DNA of 64,000 nt, from assembly GCA_963842885.1 (NCBI GenBank), contig CAWJIE010000004.1, positions 32,001 through 96,000 of the forward strand, in the 5' to 3' direction. Source of the stretch: an uncultured Nitrososphaerota archaeon. GTDB taxonomy: Archaea; Thermoproteota; Nitrososphaeria; Conexivisphaerales; DTJL01. A model generated the notes under the pieces. It worked only from the letters and a program-made list of their open reading frames with translations, did not search any database and was not told the DNA's origin. Positions within the stretch are counted from its first letter, which is position 1. Each line of letters starts with the position of its first letter. Below, in pieces: positions 41,397 to 50,021 of this stretch. Position numbers and translations under genes: made by a program.

Positions 41397-42590
41397 TCAG
41401 GGGATTTCTGGCCTTGGGACCCCATGGTGTCTAGTGTCCTGCCTAGTACTTTCCCGATTGTCTTCTACACCTTGGAAAAACCGTCCCCACTGTCCCTCTG
41501 TCCCCTTGTTCGAAGGTTGGCTGGGACGGCGGGACGGATGGGACGGACTTTCGGGGATGCTAACGGGATACCGCTCAAGTAACTCTCTCTCCTGATCGGC
41601 ATCACAGGACACCCCTCTGACTCGGTTCTCCTTGTCGAGCCTGAATCCCAAGGCCTTTAGTTGTCTCCCGATGGTCGCGTTCCGGATTCTGTCCCGCTCT
41701 TCGAGGTTCTCGTTGATCTTCCTGGCTATGTCTGCGATGGGGACAAATCGCCTTTCACCCCTAGCGTCCAGAAAGGCATGGAAGACCGTCGCTTGGATCC
41801 CTTCTATCTCTTCTCTTATCCTGTCGGCCTCCAATTCGCTCGCGTAATCGACGAGTTTCTGCCGCTCGCGGTCTCCTGGTAGGACCTGAAGCAGAGGCTC
41901 AATTAGCTCGACCAACCTTCCGTCTCTCAGCTCCGTCAAGTACCCTCCTACGTCTGGGAGTCCGTCCCAGTATCCCATGTCATTCTCTAGCGCCACGCGC
42001 AGTTTTTGGGCCCGTTCTCGGTCCAGTCTGCGGGGCATAGCCCCGGCCTTCTTGGACATACGAATCGTTAGGCTTCTAGACGCAAGAGTCTGATGCTGAT
42101 CAACGAGTGCCGCGTAGGCTTTGAATCCAAAGAGGTCATATTCTCTGACCTCATACTGTCTTCCTTCCTTGGTTGTCACTTCCTCCGTCCTGTAGGCTTT
42201 CTGTCCCTTCCTCTGTCCGGCATTAAGGATGCTCATCATTTCAGGCGATAACGACGTTCTTCCTCCTTCGTCGATCAGCACCGTGGGATGCCTCTTCTCA
42301 ATGATTCGGTAGAGGGATGCGACTGATATCGATGGAGACATTATCGGCATCCAGGACAACGATTCTGCGACTTCGAGGGCCCTCGTCTTCCCCGAACTCG
42401 GCGGGCCAATGAAGGCAAGGTATGGAACATATTCAAAGCGTTGAGCCAAGTATGTGGCGATGATCCAGGCCGTCACAATATCATAATAGATCGCCTTTGA
42501 GAACCAGACATGCCTTTCGACGAATCCTCGCACCTGATAGTACAACTTCTCGTAACTTGAGTAGCAGAGTCTGACAGGCCTCTGAGGCAT
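41397..42590 (-). CDS. P-loop replication helicase-like protein (DUF3631-associated type)
   Basis: GPPSSGKT Walker A, VLIDE Walker B, ILNAG, TLASRS, C-terminal wHTH-like region; no primase domain visible. Confidence 0.7.
   Translation of the reverse strand: MPQRPVRLCYSSYEKLYYQVRGFVERHVWFSKAIYYDIVTAWIIATYLAQRFEYVPYLAFIGPPSSGKTRALEVAESLSWMPIMSPSISVASLYRIIEKRHPTVLIDEGGRTSLSPEMMSILNAGQRKGQKAYRTEEVTTKEGRQYEVREYDLFGFKAYAALVDQHQTLASRSLTIRMSKKAGAMPRRLDRERAQKLRVALENDMGYWDGLPDVGGYLTELRDGRLVELIEPLLQVLPGDRERQKLVDYASELEADRIREEIEGIQATVFHAFLDARGERRFVPIADIARKINENLEERDRIRNATIGRQLKALGFRLDKENRVRGVSCDADQERELLERYPVSIPESPSHPSRRPSQPSNKGTEGQWGRFFQGVEDNRESTRQDTRHHGVPRPEIP
41483..41546. repeat. inverted iteron-like array in 3' end of rep
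   Basis: GTCCC at 41483, 41492, 41500; GGGACGG at 41523, 41531, 41540. Confidence 0.65.
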
Positions 42591-42733
42591 CAAACCCTAT
42601 CCTCCTTCTGTGTTAGCGCGGCGTCAAGAATCAGGGATACTAGGTCCTGAATGCTGACGTCCCGATTGGCGGCCTCAATCTTCAAACGACGCCATATGTC
42701 TGCGTCTATGTGCAGGGTCTTCGTCCGTGTCAT
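42590..42733 (-). CDS. ribbon-helix-helix DNA-binding protein (47 aa)
   Basis: MTRTKTLHIDADIWRRLKIEAANRDVSIQDLVSLILDAAL; TGATG overlap with rep start. Confidence 0.75.
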   Translation of the reverse strand: MTRTKTLHIDADIWRRLKIEAANRDVSIQDLVSLILDAALTQKEDRV

Positions 42734-42791
42734 ACCAACATCGCGTGCTGACATACCAATAGGTACTTATATCGTATGATATGAACCCTCT

Positions 42792-43133
42792 GTGATGTCA
42801 AAAAGCCAAAATGAGCATAAACCTCCGGGCCCGTCTACTATCAGAGTGACTGAAGACGTACGCAATTGGGTGAATGAAATACGACAGATCCTCGCAGACT
42901 ACCTACAGCGTCCATCCCTGACCCAGAACGAGGCGATAAGGTGGATGTGCGTATCCACAACGGGTGCTGCGGATGAGCTGTACAGGGAGACCTACTACAG
43001 GAAACAGAACGTCTCTAGGCTGACCGATCACCCACTGGACACGAAGCACCTTTGGGAGGCCGTAATCGCAATGCGGGAAGAAATAGACCAGAAGAAGACC
43101 AAGGACGAGGATACGCGCAGCCAGAATCCATAA
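42792..43133 (+). CDS. putative RHH-type regulator, divergent
   Basis: STIRVTEDVRNWV...TQNEAI strand-helix-helix pattern. Confidence 0.55.
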   Translation: MMSKSQNEHKPPGPSTIRVTEDVRNWVNEIRQILADYLQRPSLTQNEAIRWMCVSTTGAADELYRETYYRKQNVSRLTDHPLDTKHLWEAVIAMREEIDQKKTKDEDTRSQNP

Positions 43134-43700
43134 TTATCGAACATGCCGGAAAATTCGGGATTCTGCGGCATTCTGGGCCAATCTGGACTTCTCTGGAACC
43201 TGAATCTAGGCCAAGATTCCGGAATATTCCGGTAAATGTCAGATTCTGGTGTCAAATGGGATCTTTCTGCGCCTAGCAGAATCCGACATTTTACGCCAGA
43301 TTCCCCCAGGTATCGCCAGAATCACACATTTTCCGACATTTTCGGTAATTCTGGATTCTACCAGCTGTTTAACGATTCTACCAGTTGTTTAGCGATTCTA
43401 GACGCAGCATGTTCGAACATGTTGGATTCTAGCGGCATCTTTAGCCCATCTGAACCCAACGGGAACCAGCATATTGGCTTGGATTCGCGAATCTTCAAAT
43501 AGTTCATTCCAGCCTTGAACTAGATATGGGAATCACAAAAGAGCAAAAAGAAAAAAGGGCGAAGAAGAAAGGAGCCATAAGGAGGAGGAGGAAGGCGTCG
43601 TCGATGTTCACGAAACGGTAGAGTTTTGCCTTAGAATAGTCGATTCCGGCCTCAAATTGCTGCAGCAGAAGAAAGCAGAAAGAATCAGCGACCGGAATCT
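43124..43700. repeat. GAWTC-rich, ~10 bp-phased degenerate repeat region
   Basis: 18 GAWTC sites counted by eye; 20-bp tandem gattctaccag(c/t)tgttta(a/g)c at 43354-43393. Confidence 0.75.
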
Positions 43701-43768
43701 GGCCGCATCTTCGGGAAACTTCTGGCAATTCGGGTCCATCTGGGTCAAACCAACTGCAACTGACTCCA

Positions 43769-43892
43769 CAATAAGCTCGAATTGGCTTTAACTAGCTCCA
43801 AACAAGCGCCAACCAAGTTAAACTAACCACAAAAGGGCACCAACCAAGTCAAACTAAGCGCAAATAAGCGCCAATCAAGTCGAATTAACCGG
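43769..43892. repeat. 31-bp degenerate tandem repeat (3 clear + 1 diverged units)
   Basis: aaacaagcgccaaccaagttaaactaaccac / aaaagggcaccaaccaagtcaaactaagcgc / aaataagcgccaatcaagtcgaattaaccgg. Confidence 0.8.
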
Positions 43893-43980
43893 AAACAACC
43901 AGCACAAACGGCTTTGGCTGCTAGGCTGGCTCAGCCTCGACGTGCCGGTTATTAGGGAGTAAGACTCCACGTTGTGCGTA

Positions 43981-44496
43981 ATGCCCAGCAACGAAGACAT
44001 CATCAAATACCTCCGCGAATACAGTCAATCGAATATATTTGAAAAGCAGTCCGAAGGAGGCAATCGTTATGACCTCTACCGTACGACCTGGGAAGACCGA
44101 GCTCGCCGCTCCGGTAGGGCATTGTCAACGTTCACTATCAGAGAAATACAGAGGGTTGCCCAAGACAGGTTCGGCGCGGACAAGGTCAAGAAGGAGAGGC
44201 CGGTCATTCCGAACTGTAAGCTAGCGTTTGACCTTTGGAATGAAGAACAACAGACGGCATTTGAGATCTGCCTGAGTTCTATAAAGAACGAGTTTCACAA
44301 GGACGTACTCAAGGGTCTGCTTGCCAAGGATGCCAAGGAGCTGATTATCCTGTACTGTGATTATAGATATCTTAGTGATGGGGAGTACCGGTACCGGGGT
44401 CGTAGGTTTCTCGGGCAGGCTTCGGTAACAGAGATAGTCAGGTTGGCCAAGGAAAGGGGACTGACCGTTACGTGTCTTTTGCTCGTCCCAGACTAG
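43981..44496 (+). CDS. hypothetical protein, possible PD-(D/E)xK nuclease fold
   Basis: KKE...AFDLW...AFEICLS...EFHKD..K spacing resembles restriction-like nucleases. Confidence 0.5.
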   Translation: MPSNEDIIKYLREYSQSNIFEKQSEGGNRYDLYRTTWEDRARRSGRALSTFTIREIQRVAQDRFGADKVKKERPVIPNCKLAFDLWNEEQQTAFEICLSSIKNEFHKDVLKGLLAKDAKELIILYCDYRYLSDGEYRYRGRRFLGQASVTEIVRLAKERGLTVTCLLLVPD

Positions 44497-45673
44497 TAGG
44501 GGATGACTTCTGGCTGCTGGGCCTTCCTTCTCCTTCATTGGATCTACTGTTCTGAATGGTTTCTGACAGCAGTCTAACCTGTTCTTTGATTCCGTCGACT
44601 TCCTTCCTCAGTGCCAGGTTCTCCTTCTCTAGCTCCTCCAGCTTCTGCAAGGATGGACCTTTGACCTGCTCGAGAATCGTCAGTTCAGGTACAGCCTTCA
44701 GGTAGTCTTGGAGAATCTCTTGAGACGTCGGCCGATAGTAGTTGTCTGCCAGCCCTACGTTGTGCCCCATGAGCATCTCCACATGCAGGGACTTCATCTG
44801 TCGCTCGCATACGCTCTTGAAGAACTTCCTGAAGCCATGGTCCACCTGGAACTCGTGCCTCCGCTTCCCTGCTGCAAGTGCCTTGCGGATGCCTGTACCC
44901 TTCAAGGCATCCTCCATCATCCGCTTGATTCCAGAGCTCTTGAGCCGCTTTGGTATCTGAGGTTCTCCCTTTGCCTAGCTTGTCAGGGTGGAAGAGGTCC
45001 CTGATCACAGGAGAGTTCTTGTCCACCCTCTCCCCGCTGCCCTTTCTGAAGCTGATGTATTCGTCAAGGGCTTGGTAACATTCAGGCGTAATAAAGCTTG
45101 AAGTATTCTTCAGGGGTCCCTCCATAGACCTTGATTATCCCGGCCACAAGCTGCCCATCTGTCTTCGACCTTCTCGATGTGCCCCCAGCTCAGATAGTCG
45201 AACGCCCCTATCCTGATCCCGGAGGAGAGCATCAGAAGGACGGCAGGCTTGACTCGCCTGTCAGGATAAGCGAGGATCCGCTTGACCTCGTCGACGGTGG
45301 GGATCCTGTCCTGTCCATAGCTCCTCCCATGGGGGATCCTTCTCCCTATCTTCTTCCAGTTCAGGGAGATATCGTTCATCTCGCAGAACAGCTTGATGGG
45401 CTTGAAGTAGTTAGGGACGGTAGCCTCAGAGATCTCCTTCTTCTCTGCTCTGTCCTTCTGGAGTCGCATGTAGTCGTTTATGACGTAGGTGGCCCACTGG
45501 GGATCTACCTTGCTTTACCAGCGAAAGCCTTGGCTCTGTCGCTGAATGTGGGCCCTTCAACGTTGATATGATGGAGGAAGAGGTCCAGCCTCCTCTCATA
45601 TCTTATCCTTGGTGAGCGGGGACTTTATGGCATCGAAGAATTCTGTCAAAGGGTCCGTCTGTTCGGGGTACAC
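44468..45673 (-). pseudogene. int: tyrosine recombinase/integrase, multiply frameshifted
   Basis: SSGIRIG (R), HGFRK (HxxR), LMGH, NYYRP (Y) spread over several frames; may be decay or assembly error. Confidence 0.85.
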
Positions 45674-45714
45674 ACTTTAGGTAGATAAGGAATCCTATTT
45701 AAGAACTCAAATAG

Positions 45715-45793
45715 TGGCGGGCCCGGTGGGATTCGAACCCACGACATCCGCCTTAGAGGGGCGGCGCTCTAATCCAAGCTGAGCCACGGGTCC
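45715..45793 (-). tRNA. tRNA-Arg(UCU)
   Basis: GGACCCG TG GCTC AGCTTGGATTA GAGC G CCGCC CCTCTAA GGCGG ATGTC GTGGG TTCGAAT CCCAC CGGGCCC G CCA; A20 Arg determinant; C33 and A3-C70 atypical. Confidence 0.9.
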
Positions 45794-45900
45794 TGCGAGG
45801 AAGGGGAGATTCCCGTGACGTAAAAAGCATTTCGACCTCGCAGGGGCTCCACGGAGACCCGAGTACGTTTATGAATGGATGCCACGTATCAGCCGCCGTC

Positions 45901-47274
45901 ATGATCAAGCTCTTTGGCACGAACGGCATCCGCGGCATCCCGGGCAAGGACCTCACAGACGAATTGGTCACGAGGGTCGGGAAGGCCGTGGGCCAGAGGC
46001 TGGGGAAGGACATCGTGGTCGGATGTGACGGACGCGTCAGCAGCCCGTGGCTCTCCAAGGTCATGGCTAACGCCATCAACTCTGCAGGCTCCAATGTGTA
46101 CTTCGTGGGGCTGGCCCCCACTCCCGCGATCCAGTTGTTTGCTGGAAGCGGAAAGTTCACGGGAGGTGTGGTGATCACTGCGTCTCACAATCCGCCGGAG
46201 TTCAACGGGATCAAGGTTATGGGGCCCAATGGAGTCGAAATCCCTCGTCGTACCGAAGCGGAGATTGAAGGGCTCGTCGATTCGATGACGGCCGGCAAGG
46301 GGAGCGGAGGCGGAAGGTTCTACGAGAGGCCGGGAATTGTGGACATGTACGTGCGGAGCATCCCTCAGAAGGTCGATGCCGCAGCCATCAGGAAGAGGGC
46401 CTTCACCATCGCAGTGGACGCGGGAAACGGAGCTCAGAGCGTCTCAGCCCCTAGCCTGTACGAGAGTCTGGGATGCAGGGTGATTCCCATTTTCTGCCAA
46501 GTCGACGGCCTCTTCCCCGGGAGGGGTTCGGAGCCCGTGGCGGAGAAACTCACTGTCCTCGTGGAGACAGTCAGGAGGGAGAAGGCTGACCTGGGCGTTG
46601 CATTCGACGGGGACGGAGACCGAGTGGTCTTCTGCGACGAGAAGGGAACGCTTTATACGGGCGACAGGTCAGGGGCGCTTCTTCTCGAGTACATCCTTTC
46701 GAAGAGAGGAGGCCAGAAGGTGGTGACAACGGTTGCCACATCCAACATCGTTGAGTATGTGGTGACCAGGCATGAATCCACGCTGTTCAAAATCAGGGTC
46801 GGAAGCGTCGATGTCACAGAGAGGATGCTGAGAGAGAGGGCCGTGGTCGGTCTCGAGGAGAACGGCGGGTTCTTTTACCTCCCTCATCAGCCCGTCAGGG
46901 ACGGAGGCATGGCATCCTCTCTCATGCTGGACGCTTTGGCACACTGGAACGTTCCCTTCTCCGTGGCGATGGAGAGGCTCCCACGGTATTACCAGCGGAA
47001 AGGCAAGCTGGCGTGCCCGAACCCCCTGAAACGGGGAGTGCTGGAGGAAGTGAAGAGCCAGGCGGACGGGGAGCTGGACCTCACCGACGGAGTGCGCATC
47101 AACTTCAGGGACGGGTCGTGGGTGATCGTCAGACCCAGCGGAACCGAACCTCTCATCCGGGTCTTCTCTGAGTCGACCGATGAAAAGCGCGCAGAGGAGC
47201 TCTTCACAAGATACTTTGCGCTAGCCGAAGAGAATACAAAAAAACTGCAAAAAAGCGCGACTTACCTAGCTTAG
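45901..47274 (+). CDS. glmM: phosphoglucosamine mutase / PGM-PMM family
   Basis: FGTNGIRG, TASHNP, DGDGDR, RPSGTEP. Confidence 0.9.
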   Translation: MIKLFGTNGIRGIPGKDLTDELVTRVGKAVGQRLGKDIVVGCDGRVSSPWLSKVMANAINSAGSNVYFVGLAPTPAIQLFAGSGKFTGGVVITASHNPPEFNGIKVMGPNGVEIPRRTEAEIEGLVDSMTAGKGSGGGRFYERPGIVDMYVRSIPQKVDAAAIRKRAFTIAVDAGNGAQSVSAPSLYESLGCRVIPIFCQVDGLFPGRGSEPVAEKLTVLVETVRREKADLGVAFDGDGDRVVFCDEKGTLYTGDRSGALLLEYILSKRGGQKVVTTVATSNIVEYVVTRHESTLFKIRVGSVDVTERMLRERAVVGLEENGGFFYLPHQPVRDGGMASSLMLDALAHWNVPFSVAMERLPRYYQRKGKLACPNPLKRGVLEEVKSQADGELDLTDGVRINFRDGSWVIVRPSGTEPLIRVFSESTDEKRAEELFTRYFALAEENTKKLQKSATYLA

Positions 47275-47442
47275 CCCGAGATCAGGGAACTTAGCCTGCG
47301 GAACACCCAATTCGCTCTGTAGGGTCCTGATCCTTCCGGCGTACTCCTTCATCTTCTCCTTGTCGTTCTGGACCTTGGCGATCTTGTAAGCTTTCCAGGC
47401 CTTCTTTAGGGCTCCCCAAGTCTGTCCTTTCGTGTACGGCAT
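47266..47442 (-). CDS. small basic conserved hypothetical protein
   Basis: MPYTKGQTWGALKKAWKAYKIAK...FPDLGL; resembles small proteins recalled from Nitrososphaerota. Confidence 0.7.
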   Translation of the reverse strand: MPYTKGQTWGALKKAWKAYKIAKVQNDKEKMKEYAGRIRTLQSELGVPQAKFPDLGLS

Positions 47443-47589
47443 TTGAGATTCCTCGGGACTACCTTGTCTCATGTCTCAAATAAAAGCGTTTCGCGTTTCA
47501 TTAAGAAGACAGCCTGTGAAGTGAGACGCCCAACGACAGACGGCTTGGAAGAAACGGGTCAGCGAGCGGCCAAACTTAAGAAATCCAGC

Positions 47590-48552
47590 TCATCGAAGGT
47601 GTACCCACCCGTCGGCGGGGATTTCGGTGGCGGGAGAGCGTCCCGGCGGAGAGTACAGGACGCGGGCCTTCCCCCTCCTGACGGCGCCGAAGGGGTAGAG
47701 TCTGGCGCCGGCCCTCGCGGCTAATGAGATAGCTGTCGGAAGCTTGGCTTCGGGCACAGCCAGGACGGCCTCGTACTCCTCTCCTCCGTGAAGGACGAGG
47801 TCAAGGGAGTCGCATCCGGCTGACGAGCAGGCCCTGAGGAAGGCAGGTTCAGCTGGGAGGCTGGTCATCACCATCTCCCTTCCGCTCTGTTTCGACATTT
47901 CGTTCAGCGTGATTGCAAGTCCGTCGCTCGAATCCATCGACGCGTTGACGACTCCGGCGTCAATCAGGAGTTTGCAGAGACCCTTCTTGGGAGACGGCTG
48001 GTAGACGCTTGACAGAGACGCTGCGGCGAGGGAACGAGGAAGGGGCTCCCCGCCTAGTAGATGCCTCAGTCCAAGTGCCGTCAAACCGAATGGGCCGGTC
48101 GCCACGAGCCTGTCTCCGACCTTCGCACCGTCTCTCCTCACCATCCTCCTGGCGTAGCCGGCGACGGCGACGTCAATCACCAGGTCGTCGGCCCCGTTGA
48201 CGTCACCTCCGAGGATGGGGACTTCGTATTGGATGCTGGCGTCCCTGAGACCCGTGGAAAGCAGAGTCACGTTCCCCACCGTGGCCAGCCGCCTAGGGAT
48301 GCCGAACGAAACCATGAAGCCCCAGAGGTCCGCCCCCTTGCACAGCATGTCGGAAAGGGACGCCACTACGGCCTTCCTGGATGCCTGCCGGAGCGTCATC
48401 CCCCTTGGAATATCGGTGCTCTTCACCAGCATGTCGGTCTTGAGGACGAAGAACCCTCGTCCTTTCTTGATGAATGAGACATCATCTAATAGATCGGCCT
48501 TCTGCGACGCAAAGGTCTCGCGGATGAGGTTGATGATGCGCAGTTCGTTCAT
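47590..48552 (-). CDS. thiL: thiamine-monophosphate kinase
   Basis: MNEL..I, KTDML, SDML.KG, GGD, DSSDGL, GGEEYE. Confidence 0.9.
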   Translation of the reverse strand: MNELRIINLIRETFASQKADLLDDVSFIKKGRGFFVLKTDMLVKSTDIPRGMTLRQASRKAVVASLSDMLCKGADLWGFMVSFGIPRRLATVGNVTLLSTGLRDASIQYEVPILGGDVNGADDLVIDVAVAGYARRMVRRDGAKVGDRLVATGPFGLTALGLRHLLGGEPLPRSLAAASLSSVYQPSPKKGLCKLLIDAGVVNASMDSSDGLAITLNEMSKQSGREMVMTSLPAEPAFLRACSSAGCDSLDLVLHGGEEYEAVLAVPEAKLPTAISLAARAGARLYPFGAVRRGKARVLYSPPGRSPATEIPADGWVHLR

Positions 48553-48554
48553 GG

Positions 48555-49856
48555 TTACTCCGCCCCCGAGCTCATCGCACGCGCCAGGAGCGCCTTCGCT
48601 TCGTCAACGGCGGCAGGCAGCTCCTTCGCGTCGCGGGCCTCCACCGATATCCTGACTGCGTCCTCGGTTCTTGAAGGCCTGAAAAGGATCCAGCCGCGGC
48701 TGCCATTAATCCTAACCCCGTCCAGGGTAATCGAGTCTGGGTGTTCGCGGCGTATCAATTCTAGACCTTTCTCGAACGAGGGCCTGTCGGCCTCCATCTT
48801 GAGCCGCTCCAGGGAGTAGGATGGAAGCTCTGCGACGATGTCCTTCAGTGCGCTCCGCCGAAGGGACCGCACCAGAAGCGCTGCGGCCAGGAGGCCGTCT
48901 CGGCAGTAGCTGAAGTCAGGGAAGATCACTCCCCCGCTGCTTCCCTCCCCTCCGAGCGAAGACCTAGTCTCGAGCACGGTCCTAACGACGTTCGCCTCAC
49001 CTACCGGCGCCAGGACGACCTTCCCGCCGTTGCTGCGGACGATGTCCGCCACGGCCGAGGATGTATCCACGCTCATGACTACCGTATCATTCTCCTTGAC
49101 CGTGCCAAGCGCCATAAGCGCGAAGATTGTGTCGGGCGGCAGCTTGTTTCCCTCAGCGTCCATCACGACCAATCGGTCCCCGTCGCCGTCGAAGGCGAAG
49201 CCGACGTCGCACCGATGCAGGATGACTTCACGTGAAAGCTGCTCGAGGGGGTCCTCGGTGGGATCCATCCTTCGGTTGAAGGCCCCTGCCCTCATGTTGA
49301 TAGCATGCACTTCAGCACCCATCATCTCGAAGAGCTGCGTCGCCGACTTCGTGGCGCTCCCGCCTCCCAGGTCCAAGCCCACCTTGACGCCTATCCCTGA
49401 ATCGAGACCGACTCTTTGCAGGATGTTGTCATAGTAGGGGGACGAAGCAGGCTCCACCCTCCCTGCTGACAAGGTGGGATGGGACTGTCTGATGGCGAGC
49501 AGCTCCTCTTCGCCTATCCCCGTCCCGTCCTTCATGATGAACTTCAGCCCATTCCACTCGGGGGGGTTGTGCGACGCGGTCACCATCACGCCGCCGTCCA
49601 TTCCGGAGACCCTCACGTACCTGAAGATCTCGGGAGTGGTAACCAAGCCAAGCCTGTGTACGACGCATCCTACGCCCGCGAGAGCGTCCACCACCGCCTT
49701 TAGCAGGGGCTCGGACGAAGGGCGAGTGTCGCACCCAGCTGCGATGTCACCTCCGGCCGCGAAGGCGGCGAACCGGGAGGCCCAGCTCTTGACGTATGCT
49801 ATGGAGAGGTCCTTACCGTAGACGCCGCGAAGGCCGGAGATCGATTCAATGACCAA
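48555..49856 (-). CDS. phosphomannomutase/phosphoglucomutase family
   Basis: SISGLRG, TASHNP, DGDGDR, VGEANV, GGEGSSGG, RPSRTE. Confidence 0.9.
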   Translation of the reverse strand: MVIESISGLRGVYGKDLSIAYVKSWASRFAAFAAGGDIAAGCDTRPSSEPLLKAVVDALAGVGCVVHRLGLVTTPEIFRYVRVSGMDGGVMVTASHNPPEWNGLKFIMKDGTGIGEEELLAIRQSHPTLSAGRVEPASSPYYDNILQRVGLDSGIGVKVGLDLGGGSATKSATQLFEMMGAEVHAINMRAGAFNRRMDPTEDPLEQLSREVILHRCDVGFAFDGDGDRLVVMDAEGNKLPPDTIFALMALGTVKENDTVVMSVDTSSAVADIVRSNGGKVVLAPVGEANVVRTVLETRSSLGGEGSSGGVIFPDFSYCRDGLLAAALLVRSLRRSALKDIVAELPSYSLERLKMEADRPSFEKGLELIRREHPDSITLDGVRINGSRGWILFRPSRTEDAVRISVEARDAKELPAAVDEAKALLARAMSSGAE

Positions 49857-50021
49857 GTCTTCTACAGGTCTGCTACGACTTGACTCCTTTTAAGAATGAG
49901 CTAGGAGGCGAGCGAGACGCGCCATGCGGAGCCCTCCCCACTCCTTCCCCAAGTTGGGGTTTCTCAGCGAGCCTCCCTTCACATAAACAGTTATTATCCC
50001 GATGTAGAGATGCTCAATCGA

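Larger units (their letters stand above)
38136..45739. mobile_element. ~7.6 kb integrative element at tRNA-Arg(UCU)
   Basis: att direct repeats, tyrosine integrase next to the tRNA, replication ATPase, RHH regulators, RM cargo, visibly lower GC than flanks. Confidence 0.88.

Noticed and set aside
43354-43892. CRISPR array
   Set aside because: Repeats are contiguous and degenerate with no unique spacers and no cas genes
45753-45759. Amber-suppressor or tRNA-Pyl reading of CTCTAA
   Set aside because: Stem register CCGCC/GGCGG centres TCT, A20 indicates Arg, and no pyl genes are present
49904-49980. TPP riboswitch upstream of the mutase-thiL genes (GCTGAGA on - strand)
   Set aside because: The 3' half consensus is absent and the element lies upstream of the likely TATA box
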